DNA of 64,000 bases from an uncultured Chloroflexia bacterium. Lineage in GTDB: Bacteria > Chloroflexota > Chloroflexia > Thermomicrobiales > UBA6265. How positions within the stretch are numbered: position 1 is the first letter of the stretch; each line of letters starts with the position of its first letter. Positions 12,201 to 20,801 of this stretch are shown here, piece by piece. Both the position numbers and the translations under genes were made by a program. The notes under the pieces were generated by a model. That model was not told the DNA's origin and searched no databases. It was given only the letters and a program-made list of their open reading frames with translations. Where the stretch lies: NCBI GenBank assembly GCA_963762985.1, contig CAVXMK010000008.1:43855-107854 (forward strand), written 5' to 3'.

Positions 12201-12768
12201 ATGAACGAACCCCGCATCGTCACGAATCGGCTCACCCTGCGCCTTGCCCGGGCCAGTGATGCTCCTGCCCTGCTCAGCTACTTCACCGACAACGCCGCGC
12301 ACCTCGCCCCCACCTCGCCGTTACTGCCGCCGGAGTTCTTCACCGAGCCCTATTGGCGGGCCCAGATCGCGCGAAACCAGGAAGAGTTCGCTGCCGGCCG
12401 ATCCGTGCGGCTTTTTCTCTTCCCCCGCGACAAACCGGATACCATCATCGGCACCCTCAGCCTCAATACCATTGTCCGCGGCGCGGCCCACTACTGCGAC
12501 CTGGGGTACTCGCTGGCGGAAAATCGGCAGGGTCAGGGGTTGATGAGCGAGGCGATCATCGCCGCCATCCGTTACGCCTTCGACGAGCTGCGATTGCACC
12601 GGGTGAAAGCGGCCTACCTGCCGACGAACGAGCGCAGCGCCCGCCTTCTGCGCCGCCTCGGGTTCGTCGTCGAGGGCGTACGCGCGAGACTATCTGCTGA
12701 TCCAGGGGCGGTGGCAGGATCAGGTGCTGGTGGGGCTGCCCAACCCGGGGTGGCGCGCTCCGGATTGA
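12201..12768 (+). CDS. RimJ/RimL-family GNAT N-acetyltransferase (frameshift near 12678)
   Basis: TNRLTLR, LGYSL..QGQGLMSEA, LHRVKAAYLPTNERSARLLRRLGF, then YL.IQGRWQD in the next frame. Confidence 0.85.
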
Positions 12769-12789
12769 GCGTGCGCGGAAATGACCAGG

Positions 12790-13074
12790 CTATGCGCTCC
12801 GCAGGGCGGGGCGATCAAGAACAACGTCGTCCAGGGCGGTGAAGCGGGGCTCTGGCAGCGCGATACCGTGGCTGGCGCGGGAGGCAAGCACCATGGCGAT
12901 GGCCTCTTCGCCCATTCTGGCGGCCTCATCGCGCGTGGCGCCGTGCGTGCGGCAGCCGCGAATGTCGGGGGCCGTGGCGATGTACACCCCGTCCTCTTCC
13001 GACCACTCGATCACGAGCGCGTAGGGCTTCGCCGCCGCGTACTCCTCAGCGTTCAGGCCGCGTGGCTCGCTCAT
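12790..13074 (-). CDS. hicB: HicB-family antitoxin (copy 1)
   Basis: YALVIEWSEEDGVYIATAPDIRGCRTHGATRDEA. Confidence 0.85.
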   Translation of the reverse strand: MSEPRGLNAEEYAAAKPYALVIEWSEEDGVYIATAPDIRGCRTHGATRDEAARMGEEAIAMVLASRASHGIALPEPRFTALDDVVLDRPALRSA

Positions 13075-13295
13075 GGCGCAGTCTCCTCCTTGGCGCGAAC
13101 TTCAGCGATGGCTTCGCGAACTTCCCGCTCTTGGTAGTGGTGAGCATCGTCTCCATCGTGCCCGGCGAGATTGACGCTGATTCCGGGGTGAGAGCGGTGT
13201 ACCCACAGCACGTGGCTTCCCTTGCCGCGCATGGGTTCGATCACGAATCCTGCCCTGCGGAGGTCGGCTTTGAGCTGGCGAATCTTGCGCGGCAT
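13071..13295 (-). CDS. hicA: HicA-family mRNA interferase toxin (copy 1)
   Basis: MPRKIRQLKADLRRAGF...GKGSH...; ATGA overlap with hicB. Confidence 0.85.
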   Translation of the reverse strand: MPRKIRQLKADLRRAGFVIEPMRGKGSHVLWVHRSHPGISVNLAGHDGDDAHHYQEREVREAIAEVRAKEETAP

Positions 13296-13459
13296 GGGCG
13301 AGACTAGCAGGCGACTCTGGCGACGGCTGCATTGGCTCTGCCCATGATCACCGATCTCCAAAGCTGATGACACCAAGCCATGCGCTTTGGCAAGAGAAGT
13401 TTCCCATATCCCACGTGCGAGCAGCGTTCGAGAATGCACGCAAAATACGTGTTCTCGAG

Positions 13460-14084
13460 GCAACGAACGAAGCGCCCGCCGCCTGCGCCGCCTCGGCTTC
13501 GTCGTCGAGGGCTACGCGCGTGATTACCTGACCAGATCGACATACGAAAGGACACGGAGGCATGACGCAGACACAATCGCACCCGTATGAGCCGCACGGG
13601 ACGCGCCGCAGGGCATTGGCGACCACTGGCTTGACCGTCGCCAGCCTGACCGCCGTGGTAATTCTGGCGATGGCCGCTCTGACCGGGCAGGCTTGGTTTG
13701 GCGGGCAGATGGCGTTGATTCGCGTCCACGGCATGATTGGCGGGATCGCCCTGCTTGGCGCACTGGCCCTGTCGGCGATCACCTTCATCGAGTGGAGACG
13801 GTCCGGCCGCGGCCAGGCGCAACTCGCCCTCTCCGTGGCGTTGTTCGTCCTGATGCTGGGGCAGACGGCGCTCGGGATGAGTGGCCGCGCCAGCACGGCA
13901 GCGGCGGCGCTGCACATTCCGAACGGCGTCCTCGTGACGATGGTCGCCGCCGCCGTGCTCACGCTCGCGGCAAGCGCCGGCAGCCGAGTTGAGTCATAGC
14001 GCGGGATTGCCGGTAAATTCAGGGGCGGTGGCAGGACCAGGCGCTGGTCGGCCTCACGAATCCGGCGTGGCAGGCCCCGAGCTG
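13460..14084 (+). pseudogene. Duplicated 3' end of the rimJ-like gene, split by an insertion
   Basis: 13462-13530 encodes NERSARRLRRLGFVVEGYARDYL; from about 14017 it continues IQGRWQDQALVGLTNPAWQAPS*, matching 12627-12768. Confidence 0.75.
13562..13999 (+). CDS. Small 4-TM membrane protein with two TM histidines, inside the rimJ remnant
   Basis: GGAGG RBS; four hydrophobic helices; RVHGMIG and ALHIPNG. Confidence 0.65.
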   Translation: MTQTQSHPYEPHGTRRRALATTGLTVASLTAVVILAMAALTGQAWFGGQMALIRVHGMIGGIALLGALALSAITFIEWRRSGRGQAQLALSVALFVLMLGQTALGMSGRASTAAAALHIPNGVLVTMVAAAVLTLAASAGSRVES

Positions 14085-14108
14085 AGAGCGAGACGAGGTC
14101 AAGCGGGG

Positions 14109-14396
14109 CTAGGCACTCCGAACAGCGGCGTGGTCGGAGGCGGATTTGTCGAGTGCGGTGAAGCGAGGCGCTGGGAGCGGCACGCCGCTGTCCGCGAACG
14201 TGGCCAGCATCGAGGCGATGGCCTCCTCGCCATTCCTGGCGGCTTCCTCGCGGGTGACGCCCGATGTGCGGCAGCCGCGCAAATCGGGCACGGTGACGAT
14301 GAACTTCTGGCCGGGATCGGACCACTCGATGACCATCGCGTAAGGCTGCACGGCGGCGTAATCCTGTTCGGTCATGTCGGTGTCGTGCCGGTTCAT
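14109..14396 (-). CDS. hicB: HicB-family antitoxin (copy 2)
   Basis: YAMVIEWSDPGQKFIVTVPDLRGCRTSGVTREEA, paralogous to copy 1. Confidence 0.85.
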   Translation of the reverse strand: MNRHDTDMTEQDYAAVQPYAMVIEWSDPGQKFIVTVPDLRGCRTSGVTREEAARNGEEAIASMLATFADSGVPLPAPRFTALDKSASDHAAVRSA

Positions 14397-14614
14397 GGCT
14401 CCTCCTGTACGCCCCTCAAGTGAACGAGGGCGATTGCTTGTCACACTGCACGCTCTTCGTAAGGATCGGCGTCTTCGCCGTCCTGGATGGCCAGAACGAC
14501 GGCGATGCTGGGATAGCGTTCGTGCTCCCACGTGACGTGGCTCCCCTTCTGCCGTTCCGGCCGGAAGCCAGCTTTGCGCAGGTCGGCTTTGAGTTGTCGG
14601 CCCTTACGCGGCAT
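14393..14614 (-). pseudogene. hicA: HicA-family toxin (copy 2) with in-frame TGA at codon 58
   Basis: Manual translation MPRKGRQLKADLRKAGFRPERQKGSH...YEERAV*QAIALVH...; stop at 14441-14443; absent from the ORF track. Confidence 0.75.
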
Positions 14615-14737
14615 GCGTAAGCCGGTTGGTCATCGGCGATCCTCGTGTCCAAGACAGCTCCCGGCACCGGTCTGATCCAAGCGAGCTAACCTGCGCAATC
14701 ATAGCTTCACGCCGGGGTTTGATCGGCAACACGACGG

Positions 14738-14766
14738 TTGACATCCGGGCATTCACCCCCTATTGT
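14738..14766 (+). promoter_or_regulatory. Sigma70-type promoter
   Basis: TTGACA-17 nt-TATTGT. Confidence 0.65.
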
Positions 14767-14814
14767 GTCACCCTGCCCCAAGCGGGGCTCGCGTCTCGAT
14801 GCGGGAGACAGGCG

Positions 14815-14943
14815 ATGGAGCGCATTCTGACCAACACCGGGTTCTCCGGCCGAAGCTTCGGCCGGCCCGTGGTGTGCCCGCGCGTGTGGGACATCGCGCC
14901 CGGCGCTAATGGCCGGAATCTGCCTGTCGGCTGGGAGACGTGA
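14815..14943 (+). CDS. Putative 42-aa leader peptide
   Basis: GGGAG RBS; MERILTNTGFSGRSFGRPVVCPRVWDIAPGANGRNLPVGWET lies between the promoter and the terminator. Confidence 0.45.
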   Translation: MERILTNTGFSGRSFGRPVVCPRVWDIAPGANGRNLPVGWET

Positions 14944-14970
14944 GCGAGTAGCATCACGCAGCGCTTTCCC

Positions 14971-15011
14971 ACCGCGGGCAGAGGACCACCTCTCGCCCGC
15001 GGTTCTTTTTT
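14971..15011 (+). terminator. Intrinsic terminator/attenuator in the 5' leader of the ABC operon
   Basis: ACCGCGGGC-AGAGG acca CCTCT-C-GCCCGCGGT followed by TCTTTTTT. Confidence 0.75.
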
Positions 15012-15063
15012 GCCCGCGTTGCCCCGAGAGGTGTCGCGCAATCGACGAGAAGGGGAAAAGACC

Positions 15064-15948
15064 ATGGTTGCAACACTGGAACGACCAACAGCGCAGGTGC
15101 AGCCCGAGCCTCACATCGCAATGATGCCCGTCATCGAGCCGGCGGCCGTCGTCGAGCACGTCTCGAAGGTCTTCGTGCAGCGCCCGCTCTTCTGGCGCGG
15201 GCAGACCAAGACGGTGCAGGCGGTCGACGACGTCTCGTTCACGGTCGGGCGCGGCGAGATCTTCGGCATCCTGGGCGCCAACGGCTCCGGGAAGTCGACG
15301 CTGATCCGCATGCTCTCGACCTTGCTGATTCCCGATTCGGGGCGGGTCGAAGTCTTCGGCTACGACGTGCGCCGCGACGAGGCGCAGGTCAAGCGGCTGA
15401 TCAACCGCGTCTCGGTCGAGGCGTCGTTCTTCAAGAAGCTCTCGCCGGGCGAGAACCTCGCCTACGCCCTGCGCCTTTACGGGCGGACCGGGCCGACGGT
15501 GCGCGACGAAACGTACGCCGTACTCGATCGGCTCGGCATCGCCCGCGACAAGGTCGGCGAGCCGCTGGAGCAGCTCTCCCGCGGCATGCAGCAGAAGGTG
15601 GCGATCGCCCGCGCGTTGCTGACCTCGCCGGTGCTGCTGCTGCTCGACGAGCCGACGACCGGGCTCGACCCGCGCTCGAAGCTCGACGTGCAGCGCTTCG
15701 TGCGTGAACTGCGCGATGGCCACGACGCCACCATCCTGCTCTGCACCCACGACATGGCCGAGGCCGAGGCGCTCTGCGACCGCGTCGCCATCGTGGACAA
15801 GGGCAAGCTGGTGGCCCTCGACACGGTCGACGGCCTGAAGCGCCGGTTCGGCGCCGAGATGGATGCCACCGACCCGACCCTGGAAGACATCTTCATCCAC
15901 CTGACGGGGCGATCCCTGGAGGATGACGAGGAGGAATCAGACGAATGA
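15064..15948 (+). CDS. ABC-2 exporter ATP-binding subunit (DrrA-like)
   Basis: GANGSGKST, LSRGMQQK, LLLLDEPTTGLDP. Confidence 0.92.
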   Translation: MVATLERPTAQVQPEPHIAMMPVIEPAAVVEHVSKVFVQRPLFWRGQTKTVQAVDDVSFTVGRGEIFGILGANGSGKSTLIRMLSTLLIPDSGRVEVFGYDVRRDEAQVKRLINRVSVEASFFKKLSPGENLAYALRLYGRTGPTVRDETYAVLDRLGIARDKVGEPLEQLSRGMQQKVAIARALLTSPVLLLLDEPTTGLDPRSKLDVQRFVRELRDGHDATILLCTHDMAEAEALCDRVAIVDKGKLVALDTVDGLKRRFGAEMDATDPTLEDIFIHLTGRSLEDDEEESDE

Positions 15949-16811
15949 ACCAATCGCTAGGCCCGGCGCAACGCACGCTGCCGGGCGCCGGCATCTGGTG
16001 GGAGACGCGCGCCTCGCTGGCGTTCGTCGAGCGCAACCTCTACCTGGTCAAGCGCTACTGGCATCTGGAGCTGGCGTTTCTGATCTTCAATGTCGCCTCC
16101 GCCATGAGCGTGCTCTACATCGGCGAGGCCCAGATGCAGCGCGAGGCCGGTTCGGCCGAGGCCCGCGTCGATCTGGTGCTCTACCTCGGCATCGGCACGG
16201 TGGTCTGGGCGTACCTGCGCGCCGTCTTCTCCAACGTGGGCGAGATGGTCGCCTGGGAGCGCTGGGAAGGGACCATCGAGTACACGATGATGGCCCCGAT
16301 CTCGCGGCTGGCGCACATGCTGGGCGTCTCGCTCTTCAGCATCGTCTACGGGTTGGCCCGCTCCGCGCTGCTGCTGGGGGTGCTGGCGCTCTTCTTCAGC
16401 GTCGACCTGAGCAACGCCAACCTGGCCGGCGCGGCGGTGATCCTGCTGGTGGGCAGCGTCAGCTTCCTCGGCTTCGGCATCATGGCCGCGGTGCTGCCGC
16501 TGCTCTTCCCGGAGCGCGGCGAGGAGATGACCTTCGTCATCTCCTCGATCCTGCTCCTGGTTTCCGGCGTCTACTACCCGATCTCGGTGCTGCCGGACTG
16601 GATGGAGCCGCTGGCGACCGTCTCCCCGGCCACCTACGTGCTGGAGGGGATGCGCGCCGCACTGCTCGAAGGCGCGCCGACCTCGGCGCTGGGGCCATCG
16701 CTCGTGCCGACCGTGATCCTGGGCGCGCTGACGCTGCCCATCGGGATCGCCATCTTCGGCTGGGGCGAGCGCTACGCCAAGCGCACCGGCCGGCTGAAGC
16801 GGAGCGGGTAG
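15945..16811 (+). CDS. ABC-2 exporter permease
   Basis: About 6 TM; WERWEGTIE; SGVYYPISVLPDW. Confidence 0.9.
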   Translation: MNQSLGPAQRTLPGAGIWWETRASLAFVERNLYLVKRYWHLELAFLIFNVASAMSVLYIGEAQMQREAGSAEARVDLVLYLGIGTVVWAYLRAVFSNVGEMVAWERWEGTIEYTMMAPISRLAHMLGVSLFSIVYGLARSALLLGVLALFFSVDLSNANLAGAAVILLVGSVSFLGFGIMAAVLPLLFPERGEEMTFVISSILLLVSGVYYPISVLPDWMEPLATVSPATYVLEGMRAALLEGAPTSALGPSLVPTVILGALTLPIGIAIFGWGERYAKRTGRLKRSG

Positions 16812-16816
16812 TTGTG

Positions 16817-16922
16817 GAGTCGGAAGTCGGGAGTAGCATGTGCGAAGCCGTGCCCAACGGGGAGCGACCAACATTGGACGAACCACAGCACATCGACTTT
16901 CGACTCTCGACTCTCGACTCTC
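16817..16922. repeat. Inverted pair of heptamer repeats (GAGTCG / TCGACTY)
   Basis: GAGTCGGAAGTCGGGAGT, then TCGACTTTCGACTCTCGACTCTCGACTC; related runs near 24388-24410 and 44138-44168. Confidence 0.6.
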
Positions 16923-17288
16923 GCCTGTCATGCGTCCGTATCGGCAACGCGGAGCGTATACTCCTGCGAGAGAGGCGGTCATTCTCGACGCCCGCAACGC
17001 CGGGGGTGTCACGCCAGTTCACCTCGGTTACTTCGATCCTCGTCGCCCTGCCCACTCCGTTCCCCAGCGTCCGGTGGATCGCGGACGCGCTTCGTCTGGC
17101 CCCGGTCTCTCCCTGTAGCAATTCGGCGCGCAAGCGCTCGTACACCTCCCGTCGCGGGACATGGCGTTCCGGGGAGGGCATGGCGCGGAACTTGCGTTTG
17201 CGCATCCCGCCATGGACAACGTCGGGCGCGCCCGCCGCGTCGCACGTCACGTGTCAGCGTTGGCTCTCTACGTCCCGGAGGTTGGGCG

Positions 17289-17714
17289 ATGAACGAGACA
17301 GAAACAGCATCCACGCTCAGCCCGCAACTCCTGGCGCGGGCGTACGATCGCTTTGTGTCGGCGCGGTGGCGAGGCGAAGACGAGGCGGCCGATCCGGTCG
17401 CTCTCTGGTTCGAGGCGCACTGGGTTGCCGAACCGTCTCCCGAGCCCGAGTCGCCTCCCGCCAGCGCCAGCGTCCTCGGCGCCTCGGGGCGCGGCATCCA
17501 TTGGTACGCGCGGGGCGATCAGCTCCTTGGCTACGTCCCCGGCCACGTCGAGGGCTGCTACCGGGTGGCGGCCGGCGAGACGATGCCCGCCCTCACGTCG
17601 CCGTGGGATGCGGCGCCGACGCAGGAGCGCACGCTCTCCGAGAGCTTGGCCGCGGATCGCGTCCTGAGCCATAAGCCGGCGAACGCCCGACCCGGCGCCG
17701 CTGCGAAGCTCTAA
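17289..17714 (+). CDS. Hypothetical protein upstream of nitrile hydratase
   Basis: GGAGG RBS; MNETETAST...WFEAHW...WYARG. Confidence 0.45.
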   Translation: MNETETASTLSPQLLARAYDRFVSARWRGEDEAADPVALWFEAHWVAEPSPEPESPPASASVLGASGRGIHWYARGDQLLGYVPGHVEGCYRVAAGETMPALTSPWDAAPTQERTLSESLAADRVLSHKPANARPGAAAKL

Positions 17715-17849
17715 CCGATTTCCATCGCGCTGCGCGAGGGCCGTTCGCGGAACTCGGTGGCGCACCACTCACGCTGGCCGCGGCATCCGAGCTCGATAGC
17801 AGGCACGCATCATCGTGCGATACACTGCCGCCGCAATCGGAGGCGAGCG

Positions 17850-18518
17850 GTGAACGGCGTCCACGACCTCGGGGGCATGCACGGCTTCGGTCCCATCGAT
17901 CTTGGACCGTACGGCCGGGCGACGATCCACGCCGATTGGGAAAGGCGCCTCGTCGGCATCGAGGAGCTGACCGCCGATCGGTATTTCAGTCTTGACGCGT
18001 TCCGCTACGGCATCGAGCGGATGGATCCGGCCCACTACCTACGCTCGTCGTACTTCGAGCGCTGGCTGGAGACGATCGTCGCCAACCTGATCGAAGGTGG
18101 CTTCCTGACCGCCGACGAGCTGGAAGCCCGAACGGAGCGCCTGCAGCAGCCCGACGCCGTACTGCCTGGTCCCGCCGCCGGCGTTGACCGCCCGGCCGCC
18201 CCGGTCCAACCTTCGGACCCGGCGCCGGCAGCGCCGGAACCGCGGTTCGCTCCCGGCGATGCTGTTATGACTCGCAATGTCCATCCGACCGGGCATACCC
18301 GGCTCCCACGGTACGCCCGGGGGAAGCGGGGCATGATCTCCCTCGTCCATGGCCCCGAAGTCTTCGCGGACACCAACGCCCACGGGCTGGGAGAGCAGCC
18401 ACAGGTGGTCTACAACGTCCGCTTCGAGGGTCGCGAACTCTGGGGCGACTCCGCCGAGCCGGCGACCATGGTGTCGATCGACCTCTGGGAGAGCTACCTG
18501 GAGCCGCTCGCCCGCTGA
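17850..18518 (+). CDS. nthB: Nitrile hydratase beta subunit
   Basis: NGVHDLGGMHGFG, FRYGIERM, YFERW, HTRLPRYARGK, DLWESYLEP. Confidence 0.93.
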   Translation: MNGVHDLGGMHGFGPIDLGPYGRATIHADWERRLVGIEELTADRYFSLDAFRYGIERMDPAHYLRSSYFERWLETIVANLIEGGFLTADELEARTERLQQPDAVLPGPAAGVDRPAAPVQPSDPAPAAPEPRFAPGDAVMTRNVHPTGHTRLPRYARGKRGMISLVHGPEVFADTNAHGLGEQPQVVYNVRFEGRELWGDSAEPATMVSIDLWESYLEPLAR

Positions 18519-18563
18519 ACCGGCATCGGGTCGGCGCCGATGCGCGCAGGGAGGGTGGAGCCA

Positions 18564-19199
18564 ATGCCGAGTGACCCGGAACAGGAACCGTACGTCGCAC
18601 TACGAACCAGGGCGCTCGAATCGCTCCTGATCGAAAAAGGGCTGGTCACGGCCGAAGCCGTCGACGCCAGAATCGCCCGCTACGAACAGGACATTGGGCC
18701 GCTGGCGGGCGCCAAGGTGGTCGCCCGCGCCTGGACCGATCCCGCATTCAAGGAACGGCTCCTGCGCGACGGCGGCCAAGTCCTCCCCGAACTCGGTCTT
18801 CCCGCCAACAATACCCTGGTGGTCATCGAGAACACCCCGGCGGTCCACAACCTGGTCGTTTGCACGCTCTGCTCCTGTTACCCCTGGGCGATGCTCGGAT
18901 TGCCGCCCACCTGGTACAAGAGCTTTGCCTACCGCTCGCGTGCCGTTATCGAGCCGCGGGCCGTCCTGCGCGAGTTCGGACTGGAGCTCGATGGGGCGGT
19001 GACGATCCACGTCTGGGACAGCAGCGCGGAGCAGCGCTACCTGGTCCTCCCCCAACGCCCGACCGGCACGGAGGGCCTGCGCGAAGAAGAACTTGCCGCG
19101 CTGGTGACGCGCGACGCCATGATCGGCGTTGCCGTGGTCTCCGCCACGCCGCCCGCTGGCACCGTCGTCCGCGTTGGGGAGAGCGCCGATGCCGGCTGA
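18564..19199 (+). CDS. nthA: Nitrile hydratase alpha subunit, cobalt type
   Basis: VCTLCSCYPW (Thr and Tyr typical of Co-type), GAKVVARAWTDP, WYKS..YRSR. Confidence 0.95.
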   Translation: MPSDPEQEPYVALRTRALESLLIEKGLVTAEAVDARIARYEQDIGPLAGAKVVARAWTDPAFKERLLRDGGQVLPELGLPANNTLVVIENTPAVHNLVVCTLCSCYPWAMLGLPPTWYKSFAYRSRAVIEPRAVLREFGLELDGAVTIHVWDSSAEQRYLVLPQRPTGTEGLREEELAALVTRDAMIGVAVVSATPPAGTVVRVGESADAG

Positions 19200-20085
19200 C
19201 AATCGGATAGAGGATCTCAGCGACGACCTGGCGGTGCCTCGCCGCAACGGCGAGCTCGTGTTCGAGGCCCCATGGGAAGGGCGCGTCTTCGGCATGGCGG
19301 TCACACTCAGCGACAACCAACTCTGCGATTGGGACGCTTTCCGCGACCGTTTGGTCGCCGAGATCGCGGCGGCAGAGGAACATGACGACGACTCCAGCTA
19401 CTACGAGCGCTGGCTCGCCTCGTTCGAGCGGCTGCTGCTCGATTCGGGCGTCCTCACCGCCGAGGAGCTCGACACCCGCACCGCCGAGTACACCGCGGGA
19501 CTCTACGACGAGCACGAGCATTACGAAACCACGTCGGACGCCATCCCCAGCCTCACCCGTTCGCCGCACGCCTCGCGGGCGCGCAACATCGTCTGGCGTG
19601 CCGACGGAGAACCGATCAACGTCTTCCGCCGCCCGGGGCAGCTCTTCGTCTGCGCGACCGGCTGCTGCTGCGGTCACACCGAGCGCGGCCACGCGCCGGT
19701 GCCGGTCGAGCTCTACCACCGCGAGTGGTCGCGGCGGCGCATTCGCCACAAGGTGCATCTCTCGCTCGGGGGTTGCCTGGGACCGTGCGCACTCTCGAAC
19801 GTGGTCTTGCTGCTCTACGCCGCCCGCGAAATCTGGTTTCACTCCGTGACCGGCGACGAACAGATCATCGCCATCTTCGACTACGTGGAAGCGATGGTCC
19901 GCGCGGATCGCCATCTGCCGCCGCCACCCACCCTCGCTCCGCAGGTGTTCGATGTGTTCGACTGGCCAAAGCCGGCACCCAGGCCTTCGCCCGCCATGCC
20001 CACATATCGCGTCGCGCGTGGGCACGGGCAGGAAGATCGCGCAACCGCCGCGCGTTCCAGCTCGGCTGCGCCACTTCCGGAGTGA
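19189..20085 (+). CDS. Nitrile hydratase accessory/activator protein fused to a Cys-rich thioredoxin-like domain
   Basis: N-terminal PRRNGELVFEAPWEGRVFGMAV...YYERWLASFE; C-terminal VCATGCCCGH...GCLGPC. Confidence 0.8.
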   Translation: MPADNRIEDLSDDLAVPRRNGELVFEAPWEGRVFGMAVTLSDNQLCDWDAFRDRLVAEIAAAEEHDDDSSYYERWLASFERLLLDSGVLTAEELDTRTAEYTAGLYDEHEHYETTSDAIPSLTRSPHASRARNIVWRADGEPINVFRRPGQLFVCATGCCCGHTERGHAPVPVELYHREWSRRRIRHKVHLSLGGCLGPCALSNVVLLLYAAREIWFHSVTGDEQIIAIFDYVEAMVRADRHLPPPPTLAPQVFDVFDWPKPAPRPSPAMPTYRVARGHGQEDRATAARSSSAAPLPE

Positions 20086-20206
20086 CGTTGGCGGCATCGG
20101 CGGCCCAGGAGCGTCGGTGGTACGCTCGCGGAGTCCTCCGCGAATTCGCACGAAGGATGCCAATGAAAAGAGCGGACCGGTCGGCCTTCTGCCTTCGTCG
20201 CGGCAA

Positions 20207-20599
20207 TCAGCCGCTGGTCTGCATCAGCGCCAAATATGCCCCAGCGGGATCCTGGATGACGCAGTAGCGACCCTCGCCCTCATTGCCCCTGATCTCGGTG
20301 ACGATCTTTCCCCCACCTTCCAGGCACCGTTGCAGACTCGCGTCGAGATCATTGACCACGACGTAGGTCAACCACTGCGGCGGCATCCCGGCGTTCTCGC
20401 CCCGCGCGTGGCACACGCCGGCAACGACTTGATCGCCGTCTGGCGTCTTCATGAAGTAGTCGGCGTAGCCGCCCATGTCGAATGGTTCTGACCGCCATCC
20501 GACGACCGACGCGTAAAAGTCGCGGATCGCCTCCGCGTCGGGTACAGTCAGGTCGAACCCGATGACCGTTCCCGGAGCCTGCTTCTGCTCTTCTGGCAC
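20207..20599 (-). CDS. VOC/glyoxalase family protein
   Basis: DLTVPDA..RDFY..VVGW; WLTYVVV; GRYCVIQDPAGA. Confidence 0.85.
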   Translation of the reverse strand: MPEEQKQAPGTVIGFDLTVPDAEAIRDFYASVVGWRSEPFDMGGYADYFMKTPDGDQVVAGVCHARGENAGMPPQWLTYVVVNDLDASLQRCLEGGGKIVTEIRGNEGEGRYCVIQDPAGAYLALMQTSG

Positions 20600-20801
20600 G
20601 CCTGCCTCCCGCGTATGCTGGTCTTCCTCAAGCGGGGCCAGACAAAAGTATGCCGGTTCCCGCGCCCAGAGTCGCTTCCCTGTCGATGGATGCAGAGTTC
20701 GCCACGCGGCATCGCGGGTTCCGAACTAAAGCGCCCGCAAACGGCGAGGGACGGGTCGCTACGACCCGCCCCTCCTCTTACGTTCCGGAAATCTGGACTC
20801 G

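Noticed and set aside
14441-14443. Selenocysteine recoding of the TGA in hicA2
   Set aside because: The position corresponds to Arg, not Cys, in the paralog, and no SECIS-like hairpin was recognised.
17850-19199. NHLP/RiPP precursor or three-subunit thiocyanate hydrolase
   Set aside because: The alpha subunit keeps the full CTLCSC metal site, the beta subunit is one full-length chain, and no RiPP maturases are present.
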